Shown here: one piece after another, positions 51,312-63,355 of the stretch
Layout of the letters: every line of letters starts with the position of its first letter
How positions within the stretch are numbered: the first letter of the stretch is position 1
Assembly (NCBI GenBank): GCA_013265495.1
Contig: MU058636.1
Span: forward strand, 3,831,967-3,895,966
Length of the DNA: 64,000 nt
DNA from: Vicugna vicugna
Taxonomy: Eukaryota
Reading direction: 5' to 3'
Program-made: the position numbers and the translations under genes
Notes under the pieces: generated by a model
What the model saw: the letters and a program-made list of their open reading frames with translations, nothing else
What the model was told of the DNA's origin: nothing
Databases searched by the model: none

Positions 51312-53487
51312 GTAGGCGCGAGGCGGCCTCCGCGGACACTCTGACTGGCCTGGCAGCCTTGGGCTCCCAGCAAGTTGTCTCAAGGAGCCTCAGCTCTGGG
51401 TGGCTTCCGGTTATAAGGGATTGGCCTGAATTCAGGCTTAACTCGTCAGATGGAGATTCAGATTCCCTAAACTGGAAGGAAGCTCAAGAGTTGAGCTAGC
51501 TCAGTCCACATCCTCAGGCACCCGTCCATGAAAGCTCATCTCGCAGGCCAGCCCACCACCTCCAGGAGCCCTTTTCTCACCCCCAGCCAGCCCCTTGGGC
51601 CTTGCTGGTACAGCTCTTCCAGTGCTGACTGTACTCCTCTGCTTTGAGGACCACCCTCCACATGCTTCTATCACCTAGCAAGCAAGCCAGGTCCACCGCA
51701 CCCGCCTAGCTCAGACATCATCTCCTGATGGTCACTCATCCGTGTGCCCTCAGGCTTTATGCCACCCTCACCATCAGCCCCCTCTAGTGGCCTCAGGTTC
51801 CCAGGTCCTCACATGGCCTACAGCCCCCTAACCCACCGTCCCACTGGGGCCTGTCCTGACTTCTTGTATACTGTATTGCAAAACTTCTCCCCACCCTCCC
51901 ACCCCTACTGTCCCCAGTTTCCCTGCCCTGAGTCCATTTCTCCAAGCCCCTTTCTCTTGGATGGGTTCATTCATTCACTTATTCATTCAAAGAATATTGA
52001 CAAGCCCTTGCTATGTGCCAGGCCCGGTGCCAGGTCTTGGGGCTGGTAATCACATCCCTTTCCCCCATAAGTCCTGAACCACATGGGAAAATACACATGG
52101 GAGGATCCACTCGTCTGTCAGTTTCATTGCTGGCGGTGCTGGACTGGAAAACTGGCAGGAGCCCACAGCCAAATGGGCTTCTTACCCCTTCTCTCCCTAC
52201 GTCCAGAGTCCAGGCCTATCCTCTCCCAGCGGCCATCTGAAGACCCGCATCTGCCAACAGCCAGAGGACCCACTGCCTCACACCCATGGGGCCCCAACAA
52301 GGGAGAAACAGGGTGCTGGGCATATCTGCATAAAACTGGAGAGCTTCTGCATCTCCTGAAACCCAACCAGCAAACCCTTAGAGAGCCGTGAGCCCCAGAC
52401 GACAATCCCTGCTTTAGGCATTTGATGATTTAGTAGCCAGGGAAAAGCTCTAATGATTCATTGGATCAGCAAACATCTTTGAGCTGCTTCCATGGGCATA
52501 ACTCCATGGGAGATGCGTAGAGGAGACTAGAGAGAGATGTGGGGCCTGGTGCTGCCCTCAGGGGAGTCAGTGTAAATCCAGAGACAAAACTTGCATGCCC
52601 AACAGGTAAAGTAATGATACCGTGATGCAGTCAGCCCCTCTGTGCTTGAGAGACACTCTGGAGGGCAGGGGTTGAAACTGAAACCACTGGACACCACGAG
52701 ATTAAAAAGAAAGTCTTACCTGCAGATTTATTATCCAGTCTATTCTCACCCCCTTTACTACACATAAAAAAAGCCTCTCCTGCGGAGCTCTTTCTGAGAG
52801 TGCCTAAGAATTTTTTAAATCTTTAGGGGGAAAAGTGGTGGCATTTCCTTCTAAAGGTTTATTTTCATTGCATTTAAATGAAAATTAAGTCACTGGCCAA
52901 GAATGCAATGTTGACCTTTCAGCCAGCAGTTCTAATTTAAAATCCTATTTGAAGCAGCATTTATTGCTTAGAGTTATGTGACTGCTGGTTTTGAAAAACT
53001 CCTCTTCTACTCCAAAAATGCAAAGCCAGCCATAGCTCCCAATTATTCACATTTCAACACTGAAAACATTGCACAAATTAGGTGGAAATATGTGAAAGTT
53101 TCCCCACCCTTCTGGGAAAGAGCAGTACTGGCTCTTCCTGAAGGTCAGAATGGAACACAGTGGTCTCTTTTCACATGGGATTGTTTAAGAGGCCGCCATC
53201 TTACTTGGAAAACCATCTGGACATTTCTCCTGAAGTCATCCTCAGTAGAGAGGGGAGTTAAGAGAGAAAGGCAGTCGTGCAAACAAAGCTGAAAACATAT
53301 TTTTTCTGCCAACTTTTCAACATTTTAGCTTCATTCTTCCTTATATGTATTGGGAATTCCATCTTCCCCTACATCAAAGAGAAAGAATTTGAGAGCGAAA
53401 GAGAGAGACCAAGAGATTTCAGCCAGGCTAAAATCCAGAAATTTGCGAGTTCACTGGGAAAATAAAGCTCTTTCTATTCTTCTTCTT

Positions 53488-55340
53488 CTTTTTTTTTAAT
53501 TGTGGTAAAATACACGTAATGTAATATTTGCCATCTTAATTATTTTAAGTCTATAGTTCAGTGGTATAAATACATTCACAGTGCAGCCAACACCTCCATC
53601 CATCCCCATAACTCTTCTTGAACCTGAACTCTGTATCTATTAAACAATAACTCCCCCATCCCCACTGCCCCCAGGCCCTGGCCGCCACTTTTACAATTCC
53701 TGTCTTTATGATCTCGATTACTCATGGAAATGAAATCGTACAGTATGACTGGCTCACTTCACCTAGCATAACAGCCTCAGAGATAACGTCCATCCATATT
53801 GCAGCATATTGCAGAACTTCCTTCCTTCTTAAGGCTGGATAGTTTTCCATTATGTATATCTACCACACTTTGCTTATCCATTCATCCATTGATGGATACT
53901 TGGATGGCTTCCACCTTTTAACTGTTGTGAATAATGTTTCTATGAACATGGTTGTACAAATATCTCTTCAAGACCCTGCTTTTGATTCTCTTGACTATAT
54001 TCCCAGAAGTGGAATTGCTGGATATATGATACCTCTAGTTTTGATTTTCTGAGAGACCACCACACTGATTCCCACAGGGGTTCTGCCATTCTACAGTCCT
54101 GCCAACAGTGCACAGGGTTCCGATTTCTCCACATCCTGACCAACACTTGTTATTTTCTGGTTTTTGTTAGTAGCCGTCAGAATGGGTGTGAGGTGGTATC
54201 TCATGGTGGTTTTGATGTGCATTTCCCTAAGGATTAGTGATGTTGACCATCTTTTCATGTGCTTATGGCCCTTTGTGTACCTTCTTTGGAAAGATGCCTG
54301 TTCAAGTCCTTTGCTTTTTTGAAACTGCTTGTGTTTTCTTATTGTTGTGTTTCAGAAGTTTTCTATATATTCCGGATATTAATCTATTATCAATATATTA
54401 TTTGCAAATATTCTCTCCCATTCTGTAGGCTTCCTTTTTACTCTATGGATAGTGTCTTTTGATGCACAAAAGTTTAATTTTCATGAAGTCCAATATGTCT
54501 ATTATTTTTTCTTTTATTACCTGTGCTTTTGGTGCCATATCCAAGAAATCATTGTCAAATCCAATGTCATGCAGCTTTTGTCCCATGTTTTCTTCTAAGA
54601 GTTTTATTGTTTTAGGTCTTACATTTAGGTCTTTCATCTATTTTGAGTTAATTTTTGTACCTGGTATTAGTTAAGGGTCCAAATTTCTTCCTTTGCAGAT
54701 GGATATCCAATGTTCTCAGCACCATTTGTTGAAAAGACTGAAAAGGGTCTTGGCTCCCTTGTCAAAAATCATTTGACCGTAAACGTGAGGGTTTGTTTTA
54801 GGGCTCTCTATCCTATTCCACTGTCCTGTGCATCTGTCTTTATGCCAGTGCCGCAGTTCTGATGACTGTAGCTTTGTCAAATGTTCTGAAATAAGGAAGT
54901 GTGAGTCCTCGAGTTTTCTCTTCTTTTTCAAGATTGTTTTGGCTCTCAGGGGTCCCTTGACATTCCTTATGAATTTTAAAATGGCCTTTTCTATTTCTGC
55001 CAGCAACATCTTTGGGATGTTGATAGAGACTGCATTGAATCTATACATCGCTTTTGGTAGTATTGATGTTTTAACAATATTTCTTCCAATCCATGAACAT
55101 GGGATGTGTTTCTATCTATGTCTTAATTTCTTTCAACAATGTTTTTTAGTTTTCATTGTACAAGTATTTCACATCCTTGGTTAATTCCTAAGTATTTTAG
55201 TCTTTTTGATGCTATTCTAAATGGAGTGTTTTTTTTTTTAATTTACTTTGCAGATTGTTCCGTGGTCACATATAGAAATGCAACTGAGTTCTGTCTGTTG
55301 ACTTGGTATCCTGATACTTTGCTAAATTCATTCACTGCTT
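53488..55340 (-). mobile_element. 5'-truncated L1 (L1MA/MB type), ORF2 C-terminus + 3' UTR, antisense
   Basis: Poly-T at 53488; minus-strand ORFs YRFNAVSINIP...ILKFI and KDLNVRPKTIKLLEEN are L1 ORF2p segments. Confidence 0.93.
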
Positions 55341-55369
55341 CTAAGAGATGAAAGCTTTTTATTTAGGGA

Positions 55370-55530
55370 AACAATATAATAATATTTAGTTTAGTTGTGA
55401 ATAATATTATAACAAAATAATAATATAATAATTTCAATAAGATAGTATTTTATTAATAATAGTATTTAGTAGTTAATAATATAATAAATATAATAACAAT
55501 ATGCTAATAATTATATAAGTAACATATTTA
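55370..55530. repeat. AT-rich low-complexity tract
   Basis: (AAT/TAA)-rich degenerate repeat. Confidence 0.8.
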
Positions 55531-56724
55531 ATCCTGTATGTCATTTTCCTGAGTGCTTTCAATGTATTACCTCATTTAGTACTCACGTCAACCCAGGGAG
55601 ATAGGTGCTATTGGACCCATTTTCATAGATGAGGAAACTGAGGCTAGAGAGTTAAGTAACAGTAACTAGAATGGTTACCATTTGTTGAGTGTCTCTGTGC
55701 TCTGAGTACCTTAGGTGCAGTATCTCCATTCAGCTTCATAGCAAGGTCATGGAGCACGATTCCCATAGAGTCTCTAATTTACTCTTCCCTGAAATTCTGT
55801 GAACTAGCAAGTATTGTCTCCCTGTCATGGATGAAAAAACTGAGGTTTCGGGAAGTGAAATGCTCCTCCAGACCACGCGTTGGGGAGTGGGGGAGCAGCA
55901 CACCCACCCCTACCCCAGGATGAAGTGGGCAGGTGAAGGGGGTTATCTCTGCTGCCCCTCCCCCTTTCATCATCCTCCCTCTCGCCACCCCCTAGGGCAA
56001 TACCCCCAGAGCCGGATAATCTGAGAGTAAGGTGACACCTTAGCCCATCGCTGACCACACACCCCAGGCTTCAGGGAGGGCACGGGGGCCGAGGAGCTGG
56101 CAGGAGCCTCACCACCATGTAGGCGACCCTCCACCTGCCTCTGAGAATCCTCAGTGCCCCGAGGACAACCACAAAGCCCGATGTCAAGGGCCCGGGCTTT
56201 GGATGCAAACACATCTGGATCTGAATCTCAGCACCTCCACGTCTGAGCTGTGTGACCTCAGGCAATGCGGTTCTTTCTAAACCACGGTCTCACTGCCTGT
56301 AAAATCAAGAGCATGATGTCTAACTGGGATTGTTGTGATAACTGACCATGGTGGTGTTGAGAAGGTACTGAGCTCAGTGCCTGACACAGGAAGTTCCACT
56401 AAGTGAATTAGCCTTGCTGTGGTGGTCATCCACCTGCTGACAGGGCCTGAGTCTGCCATGTCCACCATGGTTTCCCAAGTGCACAGACCTGACAAAAAAC
56501 AAGTGAAGGAAAGAATGAACTCTTGATGGCTTTGAGCAAAGCTTTTAACTGTTTTAAATCTCCATTTCCTCATCTGACCCTGGGACTGATAATCCAGTAC
56601 CATGTGACTTCACATGGTTCTGCATCTTGGCAAATGTAAAAAGTGGCATGCAGGTTAATTATTATTATTCCAATCCAGGAATCCCAGGGAGTGGGGACCT
56701 CTTGGGAGGTGTCCACAGAGTCCT

Positions 56725-56911
56725 GGGCAAAGCCCCGACCTCCCCACCAGCTCGCCGGCCCCGCAGCCGCGCTGGGATCAGCCGCCCCGCCCTGGCGGCC
56801 CGCGGCCCGAGGGCAGAAGGGAGCCGGCGCGGCTCTTCCCTGCGGCGCTGCGGGCGGGTTTGAGAGGAAACGGGCAAAGCCCCGACCTCCCCACCAGCTC
56901 GCGGGCCCCGC
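56725..56911 (+). repeat. 40-bp direct repeats flanking a 110-bp copy of 57218-57327
   Basis: 56725-56764 matches 56872-56911 with 1 mismatch; 56763-56872 matches 57218-57327 with about 6 mismatches. Confidence 0.92.
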
Positions 56912-57173
56912 CCTCCAGCCCACACCAAGTTCCCAATCCCTGTCTCTCTCCCCGGGTCCTAGGGCAACGCCAGGGTGCCCTGAGCCACAGAGGCCCTCAG
57001 CCTTCACGTCTGCCTTCCCCCCGTCAACCAGGCTGGGCTGGTTCCTATCCTCCTGTGTGCGCCGCCTCTGCTTCAGGCCCTGGGCCGGGGGCAGCTCTGT
57101 GACCCGGGGAGAGACCCAGGAGAGGATGAGAAAAGAGCTGGGAGCACAACCAAAACGCTCCCCTTGCCCCCAG

Positions 57174-57268
57174 GCCCAGGCCGGAGTGCTCCCTGCCTCA
57201 CCTTCCTGAAGGCGCGGGCAGCCGCGCTGGGATCAGCCACCCGGCCCTTGCGGCCCGCGGCCCGAGAG
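57174..57268 (+). pseudogene. WDR95: exon o (~95 nt): GPGRSAPCLTFLKARAAALGSA.../LAARGPR; 3' end damaged
   Basis: cttgcccccAG acceptor in phase 1; FLKxRA motif; apparent -1 shift and no GT at the expected end, so the end is approximate. Confidence 0.7.
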
Positions 57269-57337
57269 CAGAAGGGAACCGGCGCGGCTCTTCCCTGCGG
57301 CGCTGCGGGCGGGTTTGAGAGGAAGCGTCTCCAGGCA

Positions 57338-57976
57338 GTCAGGACGCCCCGGCTGCGCCCACTGCCCTTTCCCTCTGGCTGCGCCGGTCTCTCCTTGGAG
57401 CCCAGGCGGACTAAAGCCAGCCTGCTCAGCCGCAAGATGAGCAAAGGATCCTGCGCTGGGGATCAGCGGTGGGGGCCGGCTCCCGAGCCCACTAACTAGC
57501 TCGGTGATGTCACCCGGGTGACAGGACCTCCAGCCTTCAGTAACATGTAATGAGTGGGCCAACGTCCTGCTCCAAAGCTCTAGGATTTTATTTTAAATCT
57601 CAAGTTAAAAGCAGCTGCCGAGCAGGGAGCTTGGGAAACGCAAGGCACAGATGCCCGGCGCCAGGTCAGGACGCCCCGGCTGCGCCCGCTGCCCTTTCCC
57701 TCCGGCTGCGCCGGTCTCTCCCTGGAGCCCAGGCGGACTAACGCCAGCCTGCTCGGCCGCAAGATGAGCAAAGGATCCTGCGCTGGGGATCAGCGGTGGG
57801 GGCCGGCTCCCAAGCCCACTAACTAGCTCGGTGATGTCACCCGGGTGACAGGTCCTCCAGCCTTCAGTAACATGTAATGAGTGGGCCAAAGCTCTAGGAT
57901 TTTATTTTAAATCTCAAGTTAAAAGCAGCTGCCGAGCAGGGAGCTTGGGAAACGCAAGGCACAGATGCCCGGCGCC
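57338..57976 (+). repeat. tandem duplication, period 327 bp
   Basis: 57338-57662 vs 57665-57976: about 7 substitutions and one 13-bp indel. Confidence 0.95.
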
Positions 57977-57998
57977 CTTCCTCCTGCTCCCCTCCCAG

Positions 57999-58057
57999 GC
58001 TCCGTCACCTTCTGGAGGCTGTTCGGCGGGGCCTGTCCCATCGCAAACTTCACTACT
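57999..58057 (+). pseudogene. WDR95: exon p (59 nt): GSVTFWRLFGGACPIANFTT; donor mutated
   Basis: cccctcccAG acceptor; followed by CTAAGT (GTAAGT with +1 G>C); phase 1 to 0 fits exon q. Confidence 0.82.
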
Positions 58058-58289
58058 CTAAGTTTGGCCGCGGTTTGGTAATAAGTTCCATGCTTCAGGT
58101 TTGGGTGTGTTTGTCTGTTTCGACACTAGCCTAAGTGATGCAGCAGCTCATCAGGGCTCTAAGCCCTTTCTATCTGTATGTCTGCTTTACTGGAGGATTA
58201 ATACCAGCACAGTGACTAGTTCTTACTACAAATGGGAGATAGCATTTCACTTGCCATGGTCTGACAGGTAAGCTGTACCTGTGATGGGC

Positions 58290-58321
58290 TGTGTGTGTGT
58301 GTGCGTGTGTGTGTGTGTGTG
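58290..58321. repeat. (TG)n microsatellite
   Basis: Direct reading. Confidence 0.9.
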
Positions 58322-58400
58322 AGATGGACCCTGTGTGTATATACGTAATGGGCCCTCTGTGTGTATTCTGTGTAATGATCCCTGTGCGTGTGTCTTTCAG

Positions 58401-58542
58401 TCCAGAGACAAAGCCCGGATCAGCAGCATGGTGGTGACAGCAGGAGACACCCGTGGCTATGTGGCTGACCAGGATGGCTTGGTGCACGTCTGCGACATCG
58501 AGGAGTACAGCCTGCTGGGACCAGAGCTGCAGCCTTCCAAGG
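58401..58542 (+). pseudogene. WDR95: exon q (142 nt): SRDKARISSMVVTAGDTRGYVADQDGLVHVCDIEEYSLLGPELQPSK
   Basis: gtctttcAG acceptor, AGG|GTAGGC donor; WD-like AD.DG.VHV(C/W)DI; phase 0 to 1. Confidence 0.87.
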
Positions 58543-58689
58543 GTAGGCAATGAGCTCTTCATGTTAAACACTCTGTGGAGCACAGACAGGGAGCATATAG
58601 GTATGGACCATCCACCTGGCTACCAGCTCAGTCCCAGTTCAGAGCCTTGCTGGAGTCTCCACTGGGTCGTGAATTCTCTGAAGTCAAAT

Positions 58690-59085
58690 GTATTCGTCAG
58701 GCCAGTACTCGGGCTGCCGTAATGACATACCATACAGTGGGCAGCTTAAGCTGCAGAACTTTATTTCTCACATGTGTGGAGTTCTGGAGACTGGAGGTCT
58801 GAAGCAGGGTGCCAGTGTGCTCAGAGGGGGCTTTTCCTGGCTTGCAGGTGGACATCTTCTCAGGTCACATTTTGTTGAGTCCTCACATGGCCCAGAGAGA
58901 GAGAGAGAGAGAAGGTGAACACTCTGATGTCTCTTCTTATAAGATCACTTTTGGATCAGGGTCCCACCACATGACCTCAATTAACCTTAATTACTTCCAT
59001 AAAGGCCTTATCTCCAAATACAGTCACACTGCGGGTTAGGGCTTCAACAGAAGAATTTGGGGGAGGCAGACAAAATTCAGTGTAT
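58690..59085 (-). mobile_element. MLT1 solo LTR
   Basis: gggctgccgtaatgacataccatac...ttctggagactggaggtctgaa...atgacctcaattaaccttaattac. Confidence 0.88.
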
Positions 59086-59597
59086 ACCTTAAAATCAGTT
59101 TATTTTCACAAAAATTATCAAAATCAAAAACATGTTAATTTAGAGAACTCGGCTAGACTGGAGGCAGTGAATTTGGTAAGGAACTGTGCTATCATGTCCC
59201 GGTAGGAATGATTCAGGACTGGGGGGAGCTGTGTGATGAGGAGTGGGCTGTAGTGATTAGAATAACCCGAGTCACTGCTCAGAGAGACTCCGTACCTGCT
59301 TCAGTAGGTTACCTTGTCTCCCTAGCTGAGGTTTCTTGAAGCAGGTGCTAGAACTATTTTGGATATACATTCAAGTGCTTAGCATAGACTGAGTCGCTTG
59401 TGCACCGATGTGATACATTTTGTAGGAGCTCTTCCGGGCTTGAGGCTCCAGGGCCAGCTGCCCTGGATTGTTTCTTACGGAACCACAGGCAGAACGGAAT
59501 TTGATTACGTGGACCTCACAAAACTTTGCTCTGATTAGAACTCAGGTTCCCTTCCATCCTACGCTTGCTGTGTATTAATTTATCTCTATTCTTCCAG

Positions 59598-59787
59598 GAA
59601 CCTTTGGGCAGAGTAGTCCCTGGGATATTTTCACTCCTGCCTCCTGGGGCCACCCTAGAGTGCCAGTGAAGTTCCGACAGGTCCCCAGAGCGTGCCTGCT
59701 CACCCGGCGCTGGAAGGAGGTGTTCCTGCCATGCACACAGGAGAGGAGGGACAAGGCAAGGTGGTGGAGGGCAAGGCCGGTGCTACG
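59598..59787 (+). pseudogene. WDR95: exon r (190 nt, probable -1 frameshift): GTFGQSSPWDIFTPASWGHPRVP/EVPTGPQSVPAHPALEGG...
   Basis: ttcttccAG acceptor; GTFGQxxxW is the family C-terminal motif; donor ACG|GTGGGT. Confidence 0.78.
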
Positions 59788-61697
59788 GTGGGTCTGCACA
59801 TCCAACTCACCTGTGCTTCCTTCGTAGCTTCCAGGCAGATCAGCACAGATTGCAAACTGCAGCCTGAAAGGGCCAAGGCATGACCCAGAGGACCAAGTCA
59901 GTACAGAAACAAATGTCCCAAGATCGTGCTACTGGCCAGGGCCAGGGGGCTTACTGGTGCAGGTGGGAGACAGCTGGGGCTAATCTCCCAGCATCAGCTT
60001 GACTTTGTCCTCCTTTTCACCAGCGTAAAGGCTACTGTCCGTGGCCTTGGAACACAGAGACTCAACACAATGCTGAACCTGCTGTCACATCAAAGAGACA
60101 GGCCCCGGAAGATTCAGCCTGCAGCACACGCTCACCGTTAGGAAATACATTTACGCGCTGGGCCTCCTGACGGGTGAAAAGAAGAAATGGTGGATTTAGC
60201 GCCTGAGTCTATGAAAGCGTCGGAGCAAGAGATGTTGAGCGGGCCCTGGTAGATGCAGCCTTGATTTAGAGCTCAGTGAAATATATGGATTTCCAAGAAA
60301 TGCTTGCCCTTTAATAAGTGGAAAAGAAGGTCATTTCATGAGCTATTGCTCACCGGTTATGTTACAACTCAAAGCAGGACACCTGCTCTGCCAGCAAAAT
60401 AATGTGTCTTAGGTTTTGCCTTGGCAGCCTCTTGGAATACTGATCACACAGTGTCTCCTCGTCACTGACGTCCTCGCAGAGCCCCAGACACAGAAAATGG
60501 GGAGTGAAGGGCCCGGGCAGCCATCAATCCAGAAGACCTTCTGTCTTGTCAGGAGCCTCCCACGTTTCCAGGACCTTGTTCTCACAAGCGTTCCCAAGGC
60601 GGTAACACGGGGCCCTGGTAGCCCTGAGCCCGGGAGGCTCAGAATGTGTCCACACAGCACTGGCACTGTCGGCCTATTTAAAATACACTCATTTCAGCAG
60701 GCATGTGATATCCAGAAAATAAATATGTTCATTCACTTTGATCAGGCCCCCAATTTAGAAAACAAAAGCACAGGGGAAGGTGGGAAGAGAGAAAGGAAGG
60801 AGCTCATGGGGGAATGTGCTAATAGACACAAAACCCTGGGTCCCCACACCAGACCTGGAGAAAATCAGACTGCAGCTCAGGGGCAGGAAGGAGGGAGCTG
60901 AGGGAGGAAGGGGAGGAAAGGGAGGGACGAAGGATTCTCAGTTCAGTACGTTCAAAGTAAATAACTCATACGATGCTCGCTTCCCCCTCCCTGACCCGGT
61001 GAAAGAGGAGGAAGCAATAGACTTCATGGGTGGCCTTGATCTTGTGTAGGGAGACCACTAGGAGATTTTGTGTTTCTTATTCTGTCCAATTTGTCTGCAA
61101 ATACCTCAGGAAACAGTCTGTAAATTCTCCCCAAGAAAAATACACAGGAAAAAAAAAGAACCTGAAGACCCCTTATGTAGTGTGTCTGGGCCGGTCGATG
61201 GGAATTCAAAGTGAAATTACAGAACGAAGTGTTTGCAGTGCTGTTTACAAGTTCGGGTTGCCTGAGGTCTACTCCCAGGTTCGCACCCATTAGTTGGGTG
61301 ACCTCCAGCAATCACTTCCACTGATCTACAAAACAAGGGCTGGGATTAGCTGATCTTTAAGTTTCATTCCAGCCCTAAAAAATACGATGTTTCTCTGCAC
61401 ATCTGTTTTGCAAAACGGAATGTGTTGATTGGATTCTGCATGTCAGGAGTGAGTCTGCCAGGATGCCAGCCTATCAGACACAACCACAACTGAAACAAGT
61501 TGACTGAATGCAGAAAACCATTCACCTGGAAAGCATCACAGATGAATTGGTAGTTTGTGTTGAAAGCACAGGGGAACACGCTCTTGTTATCTAACGGATT
61601 CAGCCAGCCTGGGTCCTGTCCTAACACGGAAAATCCATGTAACTGACCTGTTGCCTGTGATCCTGGTTCCTATTCCCACATCTGCTCCTTCTTCCAG

Positions 61698-61795
61698 CCT
61701 GGAGAGACCGCGAACTCTCATTCTCCAGGAGACTCTGTCCTAGAAGTTGAAGGGAAAGAAGACATACATCAATGGGATACATTTTGCAGTGACAG
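61698..61795 (+). pseudogene. tentative exon s (98 nt): PGETANSHSPGDSVLEVEGKEDIHQWDTFCSD
   Basis: ctccttcttccAG acceptor, CAG|GTCAGC donor, open frame, phase 0 to 2; no recognisable motif. Confidence 0.5.
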
Positions 61796-62989
61796 GTCAG
61801 CTGAAAAGAAACACCCAGGTTGAAGCCAGGCAGCCTTTGCTGGCTGAGGTATCCCAGGTCACCTGTCCTTAGCACGAGTCATTGGTCCCTAAGCCCCACA
61901 GCCTGTGAGAATAGCAAGGTCACAGCTCAAATCTCACCAGTTTAATGTCCTGCTTACCTGGCTCAGGACACTCTAAGGAGCCCCAGTTTTGTCTGGTCAA
62001 TCTATGTGGTCAGAGGCCACCTTTGCCTCAAGCTCTGTGGCTGGTTGCTGCCCAGGCTGCTTGAGGCAGGACCACGCACGGGTACTCCCACAGGAGCCCA
62101 GTGTGTCCCCTGCCGCTCCTCTCGTCATGGGACTTGGATCTAGGTGATGGGGCTGCATGAGTGATGATGTCACCCTGACCTCCCCGGTTTCTTGGAGCAG
62201 CGGCTCCGAGGCCGAGAGCCCAGGCCCCTACTGCATACGGCTGCCCCGCTGTCCTAGCCTCGTTTCCCTCTCACTGTGGCCTTGTGGTACAGGTGCTGTT
62301 GGGGCCTCCTGTTTCCACCCATACTCCAGGCAGTGTGAAGAAACAGGAGCGTGCAGAACCAGGTCCAGGACAAAAGTGTGTGCCCTCCCACGAGATCAGC
62401 TCCCTTTGCCGACTTTCCGGGAGGCCCTGCACACTTCTGCACACATCTTGAGGGCCAGAATTTAGTCGCTGGGCCCCACCTCATCACAAGAGAGGCTGAG
62501 AGTTCTGTACCTTAAGAAGAAGGCAAGAAAGGATTTGGGGTAGACAACTGGCAATCTTTGTGCCAGGAGGTCAGAGTAAAAGGCTTTGGATGCTTCAGAG
62601 TCAGAGGGTATCACACCTAGAAACACCATTCATTGTGCATTTCCTGCCAGAAAATGGCAGAGAGCTGTGAATCTAAGGTCTGGATTGGGAGAATACTCAG
62701 CTTGTAGGAACGCGATGTGGACTTTGGTTACAGTCACAGGTCTGTCTTTGAAGTCATTTAAGCTCCATGTTTGTATACCTGAGATCTCCCAGGTGGATCT
62801 GCAAGCCAGTGAGATGGTCAGTTTAATGATGTGTTGGTGTCTAAGGCTGCAAAGGGAGGGGCTCCCCCATCCATGGATATCTGGGGTTGAGGGAGTGACG
62901 TCATCGGCACCTCCATCATCACCGTTACTGGCGGCGGCAGAATCAGCACCGTCCTCTCTACACCTTCCCGGGCAGGGTCTGCTATGGCT

Positions 62990-63355
62990 TCAGTTGCCTC
63001 AGGCTGCTATAACAAAATACGGTAGACTAGATGGCTTAAGCAACAGACATTTATTTCTCAGAGTTCTGGAGGCTGGAATTCTGAGATCAAGGTCCAGGCC
63101 AATTCATTTCCAGGTGTGGGAGGGCCTTCTTCCTGGCTCGCAAGTGGCCGCTTTTCTCTCTGTGTCCTCAGGGGCTGGAGAGAGAGCAAGCTCTATCCTT
63201 TCTTCTTCCTATCAAGCCACTAATCCTATCAGAAAGGCCCCACCCTCATGACCTCATCAACCCTAATTACTTCCCAAAGGCCCCATCCCCACATTCAGTG
63301 GGTGGTGGGCAGTGGAGAGGGCTTCAGCATGTACCTGGGGGGACACAGTTCCGTC
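62990..63355 (-). mobile_element. MLT1/MST-type solo LTR
   Basis: ggctgctataacaaaatac...aacagacatttatttctca..gttctggaggctgg...ccctcatgacctcatc. Confidence 0.88.

Noticed and set aside
54443..55048. ORFs with L1 ORF2p similarity
   Set aside because: Fragments of a frameshifted, truncated L1, not host genes or an active element
56570..57889. Overlapping ORFs with repeated peptides
   Set aside because: By-product of the local duplications and high GC content
60024..60136. Possible additional exon (ttttcaccAG…C|GTTAGG)
   Set aside because: Good acceptor but weak donor, phase does not fit tentative exon s, and no motif; cannot be supported without an ortholog
62586..63251. 221-aa plus-strand ORF
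   Set aside because: Non-ATG start; the 3' part is translated MLT LTR sequence
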